Shown piece after piece: positions 9,461-19,300 of a DNA stretch of 52,492 nucleotides. The translations under genes were made by a program, and so were the position numbers. Origin of the DNA: a virus. Taxonomy: Duplodnaviria; Caudoviricetes. Numbering within the stretch: position 1 is the stretch's first letter; the number at the start of each line of letters is the position of its first letter. Location: positions 1-52,492 of the IMG/VR virus record IMGVR_UViG_3300027770_000074; one strand, written 5' to 3'. Below the pieces are notes generated by a model. The model was not told where the DNA came from. It saw nothing but the letters and a program-made list of their open reading frames with translations, and searched no databases.

Positions 9461-10621
9461 ATGAACGACTTTCAAGTTGAAAACTTTGATTGGACTTTAC
9501 CGAATAAAAGAGCGGTAAATAAAAAAATTAAATCACCTGATGATTCTAAAGTTTATTGCCACGAGTCCTATGCTCAGGAATTAAGTAATCTTTATTTCTC
9601 TATCCATAGAAATGAAAATATAAGTGAGGGTAAGGATTTATTAGAAGGCGAGATGTACCAGTGTAAAATTACACATATCTCTAAAGACGAAGCACTTGCT
9701 CAGACCGTGTCTGGACAAACTGTTTATATAGATATCAGAAAAGAGCTAAGAGATGCTCAAAAATTTAATCTACAAAACGTAGATTTTAAAATTGATGACA
9801 TAGTAAAGGTGCGTGTTAGGAAAACCGGTGGATCTTATTTAGGATCTATGGTAGAGTGCTTTATGCAGAGTGTTAAAGCAGAGTTATTTGAGCAAATACG
9901 TCAAGAAAGTACTGCTTATACCGTTAAAATCGAAAGTGTTAATAAAGGTGGCTATATAGTGGATCTCTCTGGTATTAAATGTTTCTTACCTGGATCTTTG
10001 GCTGCAGCAAACAGGATAAAAGATTTTGATTCATACATCGGAAAGGAGATCCAAGTTATGATCGAGGGTTATGTTGAAGCTAAGGATATTTTTATAGTTT
10101 CTTATAAAAAGTATATCAATAAGATAATGCACTCTAAAATACAAGAGCTTGATCTGACTAAAAAATACAAAGGAACTGTAACAGGAACTAGCGAATTTGG
10201 TGTGTTTGTTGAGTGGGAAGAAATTTATACTGGATTAATACATAAAACAGAATTTGAAGGTGAAGGTCATGTTTTAAACTTCATCCCAGGTGATGAAATC
10301 GAATTCTACATCAAGGAGATTAAGGAAAAAAATAGATTAACACTAACATTAGAGCAACCTTTAGAAAGAAATGTGATATTCTCTGACTTGGAAAAACAGG
10401 TGAATGATGGAATATCCGAAGAATTTATAGCAAAAATTAAACACAGAAGAAAAAATGGAGCTTTGGTAGAAATTATTTCTTTGGGAGTTATGGCTTTAAT
10501 CCCGCAGGATAGACTGGAGAAGAAATACAAAAATGCTAAAGTTGGTGATGAGATAGAAATTCGTGTTTATGAAGTCGACCCTATAGCAGGAAAAATATTT
10601 GCACATCCGGTAAATGAATAA
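9461..10621 (+). CDS. rpsA: Ribosomal protein S1 (bS1)-like protein with about four S1 domains
   Basis: VNKGGYIVDLSGIKCFLPGSL...IKDFDSYIGKEIQV...IVSYK resembles bS1 domain 2. YKGTVTGTSEFGVFVEW..YTGLIHKTE..PGDEIEFYIKEI is a classical S1 domain. There is a further domain at the C-terminus (GVMALIP...VGDEIEIRVYEVD) and a degenerate one at the N-terminus. Confidence 0.8.
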   Translation: MNDFQVENFDWTLPNKRAVNKKIKSPDDSKVYCHESYAQELSNLYFSIHRNENISEGKDLLEGEMYQCKITHISKDEALAQTVSGQTVYIDIRKELRDAQKFNLQNVDFKIDDIVKVRVRKTGGSYLGSMVECFMQSVKAELFEQIRQESTAYTVKIESVNKGGYIVDLSGIKCFLPGSLAAANRIKDFDSYIGKEIQVMIEGYVEAKDIFIVSYKKYINKIMHSKIQELDLTKKYKGTVTGTSEFGVFVEWEEIYTGLIHKTEFEGEGHVLNFIPGDEIEFYIKEIKEKNRLTLTLEQPLERNVIFSDLEKQVNDGISEEFIAKIKHRRKNGALVEIISLGVMALIPQDRLEKKYKNAKVGDEIEIRVYEVDPIAGKIFAHPVNE

Positions 10622-12017
10622 CAGTAATCATTTTGATACTATGCATGCTTTGAGCTCTTCTGTTATAGGATTCGAATTTGAATTTTATACAGATATGCTC
10701 AAAGGGCGTGTTGCGGATGAGCTCGAGAAATTACTGAAGAAGAAGGTGGTGGTTTCGGAGAAGTACCATTCAAAAACACCTATAGATAGGAATACATTTA
10801 AGCTCGAGCCTGATTATTCGGGTGGAAGTAAAATGGTGGAATTTATTACCGGCCCATTACCATATGACGAGGCAATTCCGATTATGATCAAAACCCTAAA
10901 ATGGATTGATGAAAACGGATGGACTAACGATAGATGCGCATTTCAATTCTCAATTAGCTTCGATAAATTCAGACCTGATATAAAAGATAGAATGGAAAAC
11001 TTAGATAAACTAAAGTTTATTTTAGGTTTGGATGAAGGTAGAATTTATGATAAATTTGGTAATAGAGCTAAAAATGTATATGCCAAATCTATAAAGAGAG
11101 TAGTTCCTAGGAATAGGTTTTCTATACTTGAAAACATTACCTCTATTGATCCGAGAATGTTTAAAGTTCCAGAGGACAAATACTATGGTGTGAATTTTAC
11201 CAAGTTAAAGGAAGGTTATCTTGAAATAAGATATCTAGGGAATAGGGATTATCAGAAAAAGATCAAAGAAATAAGAGAGATCGTAGATTATGTTATATTG
11301 TATCTCTATGATATACTTTCTAGAAGGATCTCAGGATATACTAAAGATGATGTTGCAAAGCTCCAGGTAATGATGAACGACTATGCTAAAGTTGTAAGAT
11401 CTTTTAACAATCCCGAATTCTTTTTTAGGAACTACCCCAACTTTCATCTTTTTGTTGATCTTAAGGGATGGGACGAAAATATTAGATCCTATTTTCCGGT
11501 GATTAAGAATAAAGTTTTTGATCTTATTGTTGAGGGTAATATAACCTCTTGTTATTTTAACTATGACACTACTACTGGGAGATATCAAGTAAAAGAAGCA
11601 AGGAGTAGAGATGCTTTTATTATAGAGGACGTTGATCTAATTCTAAGCGATGTTAAAAACGGTCTTATAGTTAATTGCAATCTTTATGATTGTGAAATTA
11701 AGAAATCGCATCTTGATAATTGTCAACTTCTCTCAGGTACCACTGTTTCCTCGTCTAAACTTAAAGCTACTAAAGTTGATTACACAAATACACTTAAGGA
11801 TTGCTTTATAGATTGTGAGGGAAAAAATTTAAACTGCAAAATAGAAGGTGGCGTTTTAAGAGGTGGTACCGTTGGTGAATATGCTGAGATAAGTGATGAT
11901 ACCATGAAGGTAAAGGGATGGGACGAGCTTAGAAAGCAGAGATTTATCTCAGATAAAAGACTTAAGGATTTGAACGATTCATCCCATATACCAAAGTTCA
12001 AAAACATGAACTTTTGA
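10614..12017 (+). CDS. Putative amidoligase (COOH-NH2 ligase, GS/GCS-fold) with C-terminal beta-helix-like repeats
   Basis: Ordered motifs GFEFEF, EPDYS, VEFITGP, CAFQFSIS, KYYGVNF, YLEIRY. C-terminal ~90 aa shows 5-6-residue periodicity (IVNCNLYDCEIKKSHLDNCQL...). Confidence 0.7.
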   Translation: MNNSNHFDTMHALSSSVIGFEFEFYTDMLKGRVADELEKLLKKKVVVSEKYHSKTPIDRNTFKLEPDYSGGSKMVEFITGPLPYDEAIPIMIKTLKWIDENGWTNDRCAFQFSISFDKFRPDIKDRMENLDKLKFILGLDEGRIYDKFGNRAKNVYAKSIKRVVPRNRFSILENITSIDPRMFKVPEDKYYGVNFTKLKEGYLEIRYLGNRDYQKKIKEIREIVDYVILYLYDILSRRISGYTKDDVAKLQVMMNDYAKVVRSFNNPEFFFRNYPNFHLFVDLKGWDENIRSYFPVIKNKVFDLIVEGNITSCYFNYDTTTGRYQVKEARSRDAFIIEDVDLILSDVKNGLIVNCNLYDCEIKKSHLDNCQLLSGTTVSSSKLKATKVDYTNTLKDCFIDCEGKNLNCKIEGGVLRGGTVGEYAEISDDTMKVKGWDELRKQRFISDKRLKDLNDSSHIPKFKNMNF

Positions 12018-12027
12018 TTTGACCCAA

Positions 12028-12037
12028 AATATATAAT
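12028..12037 (+). promoter_or_regulatory. Putative late promoter AATATATAAT
   Basis: In the 25-bp gap upstream of the neck gene. Confidence 0.45.
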
Positions 12038-12042
12038 ATCCT

Positions 12043-12840
12043 ATGATACTAGATGCTTTAATAAAAGAAATTGAGGATGCGTTATCATTTAGCTGTGCAC
12101 TCCCGTATAATCTTAATAGAAGTGAGATAGAAAGAATTATAGGAAGGGCTAAAGCTTGGATGTACGATAACTACCAATATGCTGCAGAGGACAGAGTTTT
12201 CGTGATACAGAAACAAATTTTTGATAACAGGAATTTTCTTTCTACACGTCAAATAAGACTGCCCGATTCTATAGTTAGTATCTACGATGTTCGAGATGTC
12301 GGGGGATCTGGGATATCAGGAAATCCAGATAGGGATTTTGGAGATTCTAAGCTACTTGGATCTGAACTTCTTTTATCACCCTTCGTTGGAGATAACCTTG
12401 TATATAGAACAGTGATGTATTCCTATTTTGATTTGGCAAGGGCTTATATGTTGAACAGCTATGCTTTTAAATGGAATAAAAATACAAAAAAACTTACCAT
12501 TCTAGGTAGAGACCCTGGAAGATCCGGGGGTAGCAATCAATCAGCGAAGTCTCAGCAGGCACAGGGATTTTCAGGTGGAGGTGGTTATGACGTAGCGATT
12601 AGATGCTATGTTGCTATAAACGATGAGGATTTATATAACGATGAACTCTTTGTTAGATATTGCATAGCTAAATGTAAAATAGCATTGGCGCAAATGCTTG
12701 GTGTTTTTTCTTATAATTTACCGGGAGGTGTTCAGATTAATGCTTCCGAAATAGGTAATCAAGGTGCAACAGAATTACAGGAGGTTATGGATATGATAAA
12801 CGGCGAAAACACTCCTTCTTATTTCTTACAGTGGAATTAA
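12043..12840 (+). CDS. Neck / head-tail adaptor protein, T4 gp13-like
   Basis: C-terminal FVRYCIAKCK...LGVFSYNLPGGVQINASEI...EL matches the gp13 family pattern (Y..A..K...G....LPGGV.ln). Confidence 0.8.
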   Translation: MILDALIKEIEDALSFSCALPYNLNRSEIERIIGRAKAWMYDNYQYAAEDRVFVIQKQIFDNRNFLSTRQIRLPDSIVSIYDVRDVGGSGISGNPDRDFGDSKLLGSELLLSPFVGDNLVYRTVMYSYFDLARAYMLNSYAFKWNKNTKKLTILGRDPGRSGGSNQSAKSQQAQGFSGGGGYDVAIRCYVAINDEDLYNDELFVRYCIAKCKIALAQMLGVFSYNLPGGVQINASEIGNQGATELQEVMDMINGENTPSYFLQWN

Positions 12841-12861
12841 TTTACAATACATAGACCCAAA

Positions 12862-12891
12862 AATAAAGGCCAGGATATCCTGGCCTTTATT
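12862..12891. terminator. Bidirectional intrinsic terminator (perfect 30-bp palindrome)
   Basis: AATAAAGGCCAGGATATCCTGGCCTTTATT is its own reverse complement, has a GC stem with A/T flanks, and lies between convergent genes ending at 12840 and 12909. Confidence 0.85.
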
Positions 12892-12908
12892 GCAATCTAA
12901 AAAATGTT

Positions 12909-13475
12909 TTATGCTAATCTGAAAATTCTATAGAATTTTTTATCTCTGTTTGTAGCACAGATTCTAATTCTGTAAGATTCAAACTCTTTTAAAACTAAGT
13001 GTTTGGTTACGTGTGAAAGATTTCTAGGTACTACAAAAGATTGCCCAACATTCATAGATTCCAATAGAATCCTAAGCTTCTCTCTTGCCATTAGATTTTC
13101 TGTTCTTCCAGATCTTGAAGGTAAAGGAATACCCGTTTCTAGTTTAAAAGTTTGAACAGTTTGAACAGTTTGCATTTGACCTGAGAATGCTTCAGTTTGC
13201 TGTGAAATCTGAGATACTGGATTAGACGTCTCTAATTTTTTAGCGTTAGATCTTACGTCTCTTCCAAAAGCTCCTTCAATTTTTAGAACATACTTTCTAA
13301 AGACGATTGAATCCTTAGTTCTTCCTAATCTTCCCGCTACTACGGATTTAGGAATTTTCTGTTCTACAGCCAACCTGAGGAAATTATCCTCTTCTGGTGT
13401 CCATGCTTTGTGTTTGTTCCCCTTTGATGATGTGCGGCCAAGGGGCTTGCCGTTTTTTGAAAATTTTCTTGCCAT
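12909..13475 (-). CDS. Putative DNA-binding regulator: N-terminal Myb/SANT-like HTH plus a small C-terminal domain
   Basis: KAWTPEEDNFLR...VAGRLGRTKDSI is Myb-like. C-terminal KLETGIPLP...LESMNVGQSFVVP is a motif type seen in small phage DNA-binding proteins. Very basic protein. Confidence 0.7.
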   Translation of the reverse strand: MARKFSKNGKPLGRTSSKGNKHKAWTPEEDNFLRLAVEQKIPKSVVAGRLGRTKDSIVFRKYVLKIEGAFGRDVRSNAKKLETSNPVSQISQQTEAFSGQMQTVQTVQTFKLETGIPLPSRSGRTENLMAREKLRILLESMNVGQSFVVPRNLSHVTKHLVLKEFESYRIRICATNRDKKFYRIFRLA

Positions 13476-13501
13476 AAAAATATAGGTTTTAAATTATGAT
13501 C

Positions 13502-13509
13502 CAAATATA
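13502..13509 (-). promoter_or_regulatory. Bacteroidota-type housekeeping promoter -7 element (TAnnTTTG)
   Basis: Minus strand reads TATATTTG 26 bp upstream of ATG 13475. No clear -33 TTTG. Confidence 0.5.
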
Positions 13510-13625
13510 TGGAACCTTTTCGAGAAAAAAAAATTATAAGTGTTTTTTCCTTAAAAAAATCAAAAAAAATATTTTTTTGTTTAAATAAATTGGCACCTCC
13601 CTTTTTATCCCCGTCAGGGACAAGG

Positions 13626-13635
13626 GATATATAAT
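13626..13635 (+). promoter_or_regulatory. Putative late promoter GATATATAAT
   Basis: 14 bp upstream of the gp25-like gene, at the start of a new + strand unit. Confidence 0.55.
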
Positions 13636-13649
13636 CAGAATATTAAAAG

Positions 13650-14021
13650 ATGAGAGAAATCTACAACAGGGATCCCGATGATCCAAAATACAATCCATTT
13701 CAACTTGAATCACTAGATCCTGTTGAGATTTGTGTTGGCCAATTAAAGATGGTATTACTTACTAACAAGGGCGAGGTTTTAGGTGATCCCAAATTTGGGT
13801 TAAATATGGAGGATCTTATCTTTAATCTTGGTCTATCTGAGTCTAGTATAAAAAAAGAATTAGACCTTTTTTTAAAAACGTATGTTCCCCTTTTTGGAAA
13901 GCTCGGTGGTACATATACGCTTGAGTTTTATAAAGGAACCGAAAGGGATATAGCAACCCTAGATTTTTCTATACCCTCAGACGGGGGTTTAAGCCCAGTA
14001 GTAACTTTAAGAATAACCTAA
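13650..14021 (+). CDS. Baseplate wedge subunit, gp25-like
   Basis: LKMVLLTNKGEVLGDPKFGLNMEDLIF is the gp25/GPW signature; directly precedes a gp6-like gene. Confidence 0.85.
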   Translation: MREIYNRDPDDPKYNPFQLESLDPVEICVGQLKMVLLTNKGEVLGDPKFGLNMEDLIFNLGLSESSIKKELDLFLKTYVPLFGKLGGTYTLEFYKGTERDIATLDFSIPSDGGLSPVVTLRIT

Positions 14022-14028
14022 ATTTAAT

Positions 14029-15756
14029 ATGAATATTTACCGGAAGAATAACATCCTAATAAATGGATTACTGAACGACACCTTTGTATTTTTACAAGAT
14101 ACGTATAATCAGACTGTTAATCTTTTTACAGTAGCTTCAGCTTGGGGACAGGTCTTGTTCGTATTGCAGAATCTTTCACAGATGATTCTTTACTTTATAG
14201 AGGATTCTATAACTGAACTTAATATAGAGCAAGCATCCAGAGATTATTCTGTTCGAAGTCTTGCTAGAATATCAGGGTACAATCCTGCAAGGTCTATGGC
14301 TGCTCAGGGAGAAGTCCAAATAGGGTGGAATAGAACAAACTCCGATGCCGGAGGAGGAGCGATAGTTTTATCTAATTACACACAAATAAAAAACCAGAAC
14401 AACGGTAAAAATTATTCATTAATACTATCCTCTCAAAAAATAACAATACCACTTACCGGCGGATCTAGTCCGATAAGAGTGAAGATAGCGGAGGGTGCTT
14501 TTCAAACACAGGTAGTAACCGGAACAGGTCAGTTACTTCAAAGTTTTAATTTACCAAGTCAGTCCGGATCATATATTGATCAATTCTATGTTGATGTTTA
14601 TGTGAATGAAGAGAGATGGAAAAGATACGAGTCTCTTTATGATATCCCTCTCAACGGAAAGGGATATCTAGTTAGAAGTGGAATTCAGGAGGGACTTGAC
14701 ATTTACTTTGGCAATTCTTTCTTTGGCGCGATTCCGCCAAGAGGATCAAGAATAAGAATTCAATATCTTCAAAATACTGGCGCTGCTGGAAACACAAAGG
14801 ATAACAAGCAAAGTCCTCTTAGTTATAGATGGGCAGATCCAGGAACAGATCTTTTTGGAGCGGAGGTTGATTTAAATGATTATATCCTTATAACGTCTAC
14901 GCTTAATCCAATGTTTGGTACTAATCCAGATTCTATTAATCTCATAAGATTGGTTGCACCTAAAACTAGTAGATCTTTCGTTTTTGCAAATGCACAGAAC
15001 TATGAGATATTTTTGGATAAGTTGCAAATATTTTCTCAGATCCAGGCTTTTTCGACCTTTGATGACGAGTACCTAGACGATGATAATATTGTCTACCTAT
15101 ATTTAATTCCGGATATCACTTTAAATATTTCTTCCAATGAGGATTATTTTAGCATACCATTAAATCAATTCCTGTTAACCTCTGATCAAAAAGCAATGAT
15201 TCTTAATTTGCTAGAGCAATCAGGATCTATGATTGCAACAACTGTGGTTAAGATAGTAGAGCCAGTAATTAGTAGATACACCGGTAATGTGATTATGACG
15301 ATCTTTGCTGGATTTGATCCGGAAACTATAAAAAGGGAGATTAGGAAAAGAATTTCAGAATACATGCTTAATGTGAAAAGACGAGACACCATACCAAAAT
15401 CTGACATAATTGCTATTATAGAAGGAATAGACGGTGTCGACTCAGTGAATTTCTTTTTTGTTGGTCAAAAAAATGAAGCTAACCAAACAATCATGCAGAA
15501 TATGACCAACGTTTCCACAGTTCAGCAGGATCAGCTTTTGGGACTAAACGAGTTCGGAGATATCGTAATAGGTAGAAACGAGCTTGTGGTACTTAGAGGT
15601 GGATGGTCCGATAGGAACGGAACTCTTTTCACTGAAAGTATAGTTGAGGGAAAACCTGGGCCACTTAATATTAGTATTTCTGCTATCGTTCAGCCTAACT
15701 TTAGAGCGGAGCTTAATGCTGAGCTTAAGGCCGCAATTCTTAAATCACAAGATTAA
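14029..15756 (+). CDS. Baseplate wedge subunit, T4 gp6-like
   Basis: E..I..A....SVRSLARISGYNP....AA; IYFGN..FGAIPPRGSRIRIQYL...G..GN; D...IR..AP......NYE. All are gp6/baseplate-J motifs. Confidence 0.85.
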   Translation: MNIYRKNNILINGLLNDTFVFLQDTYNQTVNLFTVASAWGQVLFVLQNLSQMILYFIEDSITELNIEQASRDYSVRSLARISGYNPARSMAAQGEVQIGWNRTNSDAGGGAIVLSNYTQIKNQNNGKNYSLILSSQKITIPLTGGSSPIRVKIAEGAFQTQVVTGTGQLLQSFNLPSQSGSYIDQFYVDVYVNEERWKRYESLYDIPLNGKGYLVRSGIQEGLDIYFGNSFFGAIPPRGSRIRIQYLQNTGAAGNTKDNKQSPLSYRWADPGTDLFGAEVDLNDYILITSTLNPMFGTNPDSINLIRLVAPKTSRSFVFANAQNYEIFLDKLQIFSQIQAFSTFDDEYLDDDNIVYLYLIPDITLNISSNEDYFSIPLNQFLLTSDQKAMILNLLEQSGSMIATTVVKIVEPVISRYTGNVIMTIFAGFDPETIKREIRKRISEYMLNVKRRDTIPKSDIIAIIEGIDGVDSVNFFFVGQKNEANQTIMQNMTNVSTVQQDQLLGLNEFGDIVIGRNELVVLRGGWSDRNGTLFTESIVEGKPGPLNISISAIVQPNFRAELNAELKAAILKSQD

Positions 15757-15758
15757 AA

Positions 15759-16304
15759 ATGGCAACTTTAAAACAAGAAAGATTTTCACCGTTTTTTGCT
15801 GATCCTGAGGGTGGTCTGAACTACAATAAATCCCTTGTAATTCCTTCCACAGCAAACACAACATATTACAATCCCGCTGAGGTTTACGCTACCATACAGG
15901 AAGCTTCAGATCGTGCTTATAATATAGGGTGCTCAGGGTACAGACAAGTTTTAGTCTCCTCACAGGGGGAGTATAAATATTCTCCATGCACAAATTCTTC
16001 AGATTTCAAAATATTAATGAAAGAAATGCCAAGCTTTTCTGTAGAAAGAAGGTATTATCAATACGACCCCCGGGAAAATATTTATGATATAAGGGATAGC
16101 TTCAACGACGATCAGCCTAATGGCTTTGATTATAAGGGGAAGATTTTAAATAGAACACTTTCAAATGTAATGTTTAGAGATCCTATTAAAGATGGTATTT
16201 TGCAATATTTCGAAAGAGTAGTGTATGCATTGGTTGAAACAACAAAACAAATTAAAAACTTTTTCAATTACACCGTTAAGGGAAATAACAGAAGAGTATT
16301 CTAA
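15759..16304 (+). CDS. Hypothetical baseplate-region protein with a small Cys-containing domain
   Basis: 181 aa. YATIQEASDRAYNIGCSGY...YSPC resembles the short 'T..EA...A...GC.G.H....MPC' (DUF3721-like) module, with the His not conserved. Confidence 0.55.
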   Translation: MATLKQERFSPFFADPEGGLNYNKSLVIPSTANTTYYNPAEVYATIQEASDRAYNIGCSGYRQVLVSSQGEYKYSPCTNSSDFKILMKEMPSFSVERRYYQYDPRENIYDIRDSFNDDQPNGFDYKGKILNRTLSNVMFRDPIKDGILQYFERVVYALVETTKQIKNFFNYTVKGNNRRVF

Positions 16305-16309
16305 TTAAG

Positions 16310-19300
16310 ATGTCAAATTTTTTTTATAGAAGATTAAATTTTTTCAATAAAAGGGGTAATCCCCTAAATTTTGATTATATCGGACCTACCGGTGCGACTG
16401 AGCTTGAATCTACATTCATATATTTGAGCAACTCCAGCGTAACATCTATAGGTGATATAAATGTAAATTCTTTCGACCTTGAACCTGCTACCCTCACACT
16501 TTACTTTGAGGACTTAAACGGATTCACGATTATTGATTGGGCAAACGAGGTTCAAACATTTTTACAACAAGGTGCAGAGGTTTTTCTCAATGGCCGTGTA
16601 GCAGGACAACAGCAATTCAAGGGAAAGATATTTTCAATTACCCCCTCCGGATCTACATATATCATACAGTTCTTCCCCGGAAAGTCTGAGGGGCAAAGAA
16701 TTATAAGTAACGGTAATAAAATTTATTTTAATACAACCTATAATTTTAGACCTGGTGGGTATTATAAGGGTAACATTTATTTTGATCCTGTCTCAAGTGG
16801 ACTCTATGAGAATGAGCAGATATTCATAGTTCAAGAATTCTATGATCAAAACACATCTTCTTTCAACTATGGACTTCCACACACAGGAATAACTGGAGCT
16901 ACTGCAGGAAAATGGAGAACCAGATGGTACAACAACAAATACGGTGAAACTGATGTCTCTGAGATAATTTTCACATACCAAATATATGATGATATTAGTG
17001 GTGGTGATGGACAGCCTCTTATAATAAGCTATCCCAATATTGTTTATAGCGTTGATGTTGATGCAAATGACACCTACTATGGTGCAAGCGGAGGGTATAT
17101 TCAAACATCATCTGTTTCATCTGAGACATTGTCTATTAGTGTAGCATTGAATTGCGGTGATCTTAATGGTAATATTTACGAGAGAAAGTTGATTGTTGAA
17201 GATATAACCGGAGGGACAGGATCTGCACCAATAAAGGTTATAGAAGTTGATTTTTACGGGGAAATAGTTGGTGAGGATCCTAGATTTGATGTGATGCTCA
17301 AGAATATAGGTAGAGCATTTTACCCGTCGGATTCTGTAATACTGAGAGATCACGATCCTGCCGAGCCTTCCCCTAACTATCTAGAGATCAACGATAAAAG
17401 AAAAGAGCTTTTAGTTGCAGGTGAAGAGATCTTCCCTTATGCTGGAGCTTATCGTGGTCTAATTGCAGCTATTAAGTTTTTTGGATATCAAGATCTAAGA
17501 ATAAAAGAGTATTGGCTTAATCTAGAATATCGCAGGTTACAGGTCGAATCCCCTCTCCAGAAGAATAAGCAATTCCTTGATGAAATAAAAGCTCAGCAAT
17601 CCATCAACGGATACACCCAATCTATTCAGATTGCTGATGTACTGGATAATCCAAATAGCGGTAAATATAGACTTACGCAAACATACGGGCCAGATAAAGA
17701 GGGTAATTATGTTCTGGATATTTCTTCTGAGGAGTCTTTAGTTCCTTCTAGAACATATAAAAAAACTTCTCTGTTTGGTCTTTATTATGATTTAAATAAA
17801 GATAATGGTGATGTTGATGAATACGGATATCCTGTTGTTATTGATGCTTTTAAATTTACCCAGGAGGAGGTTTTACTAAAACTATTTGCACTTAAGGAGA
17901 GATTAAAAAGGGATTACCTCCCATTAAATGCAAGGATTGTTGATATAACCGGGGAGGGCATTTATTTCGAGGTTTATAATACACGTGCATGGACTGATGT
18001 GATGCAGAGACCCCAGATTGAAACCGGGATTCATTTTGATATCGTACCAAATCCCGATTTTGGATTCATCGAGGATTTAAGAAATTTCTCAATCCGTCCT
18101 TCACAAACATCTATACAAACACCGGAATCGTATTTTAATTCTTTTTCTTCTAATGTAACCGTCCAGGGTGGAACTGGCTCTGGCGTTTATTTCACATTAA
18201 CCGGAGCTACTGGTCCGAATCCAAGTCTTTCTGTTACCTCTGGCTATTCTTATACTTTTACCATAGGTACAACTGGATTTACTTTTTATATCACTACAGA
18301 TTCAACTCTATCCACTGTAATTTCACCGGTGGGTCTGGAGAATAACGGGGCAACTGCTGGAGGGGATCCTTTACAGTGGTATGTGAATCCAATACAGACT
18401 ACCCCAGTTTACTACTTTATAGCTGAGAACACCTCTTTAAACGGGATCGTAAATGTAAGTCCGTCTACATTATCTGATTTTGGAAACATTATCAACCCCC
18501 TTGATTTTGCCCAGAACTATTCGGTTTCCCAAAATGATTCACTCTTAACTGCAATTAATCAATTTTATGATTTAAAACAACAAGGTGAGATCGTTGAGCT
18601 TGGTGATGGAAAATACGACCCTCCAGCTTTAATTGATCCTGACACCGGGCTTTTCTATAGAACCCCTATAGGGATGCCAGTTGTTTTAGAGATGCTAGTT
18701 GACAGATGGACATGGGATGAATTCAATATCAACTGGTCCTCTGTGAATATTCCAGCCTTTAAGACTGGCGACAGGGTTCAGATTAAAAAAATAGATGCCT
18801 CCATATCTTTAGGTATAAGCGGTGGACAAATTTCCTCTGCTACTATTAACGGGTCAGGTCTAGGGTACGCAACAACACCAACACTCATTATTACAGGTGG
18901 TGGTGGAGCTGGTGGAGCTGTTTCGGCAACGGTAACCGGAACAAGGATAACCTCTATTTCAATATTATCTGTTGGGTCTGGCTACACTTTCACCCCTAAC
19001 TTATCAATCCCATCCCCTAGTGGAGATTTCGGTACTGTTACTGCAGTAAGTTATTCTACAGGGGTTTACACCGTTTTATTAGACAGTGGATCGACTTCAA
19101 CATTTGATTCTACTGAACTGTTTGCCACATCTCAGGATTACAGTTTGCTGAACTGGAAAAATATAGATTTTTCAAATCTTGTTGACATAGAATGGACGGT
19201 AACAAAATCAGCAACACAGCCAGGAAGTCCCTATAATTTCGTATTTAGAGGCTCAATAGTGGACTTTTATAAGTTAGCCCACTTTGTACCATTCACCGGG

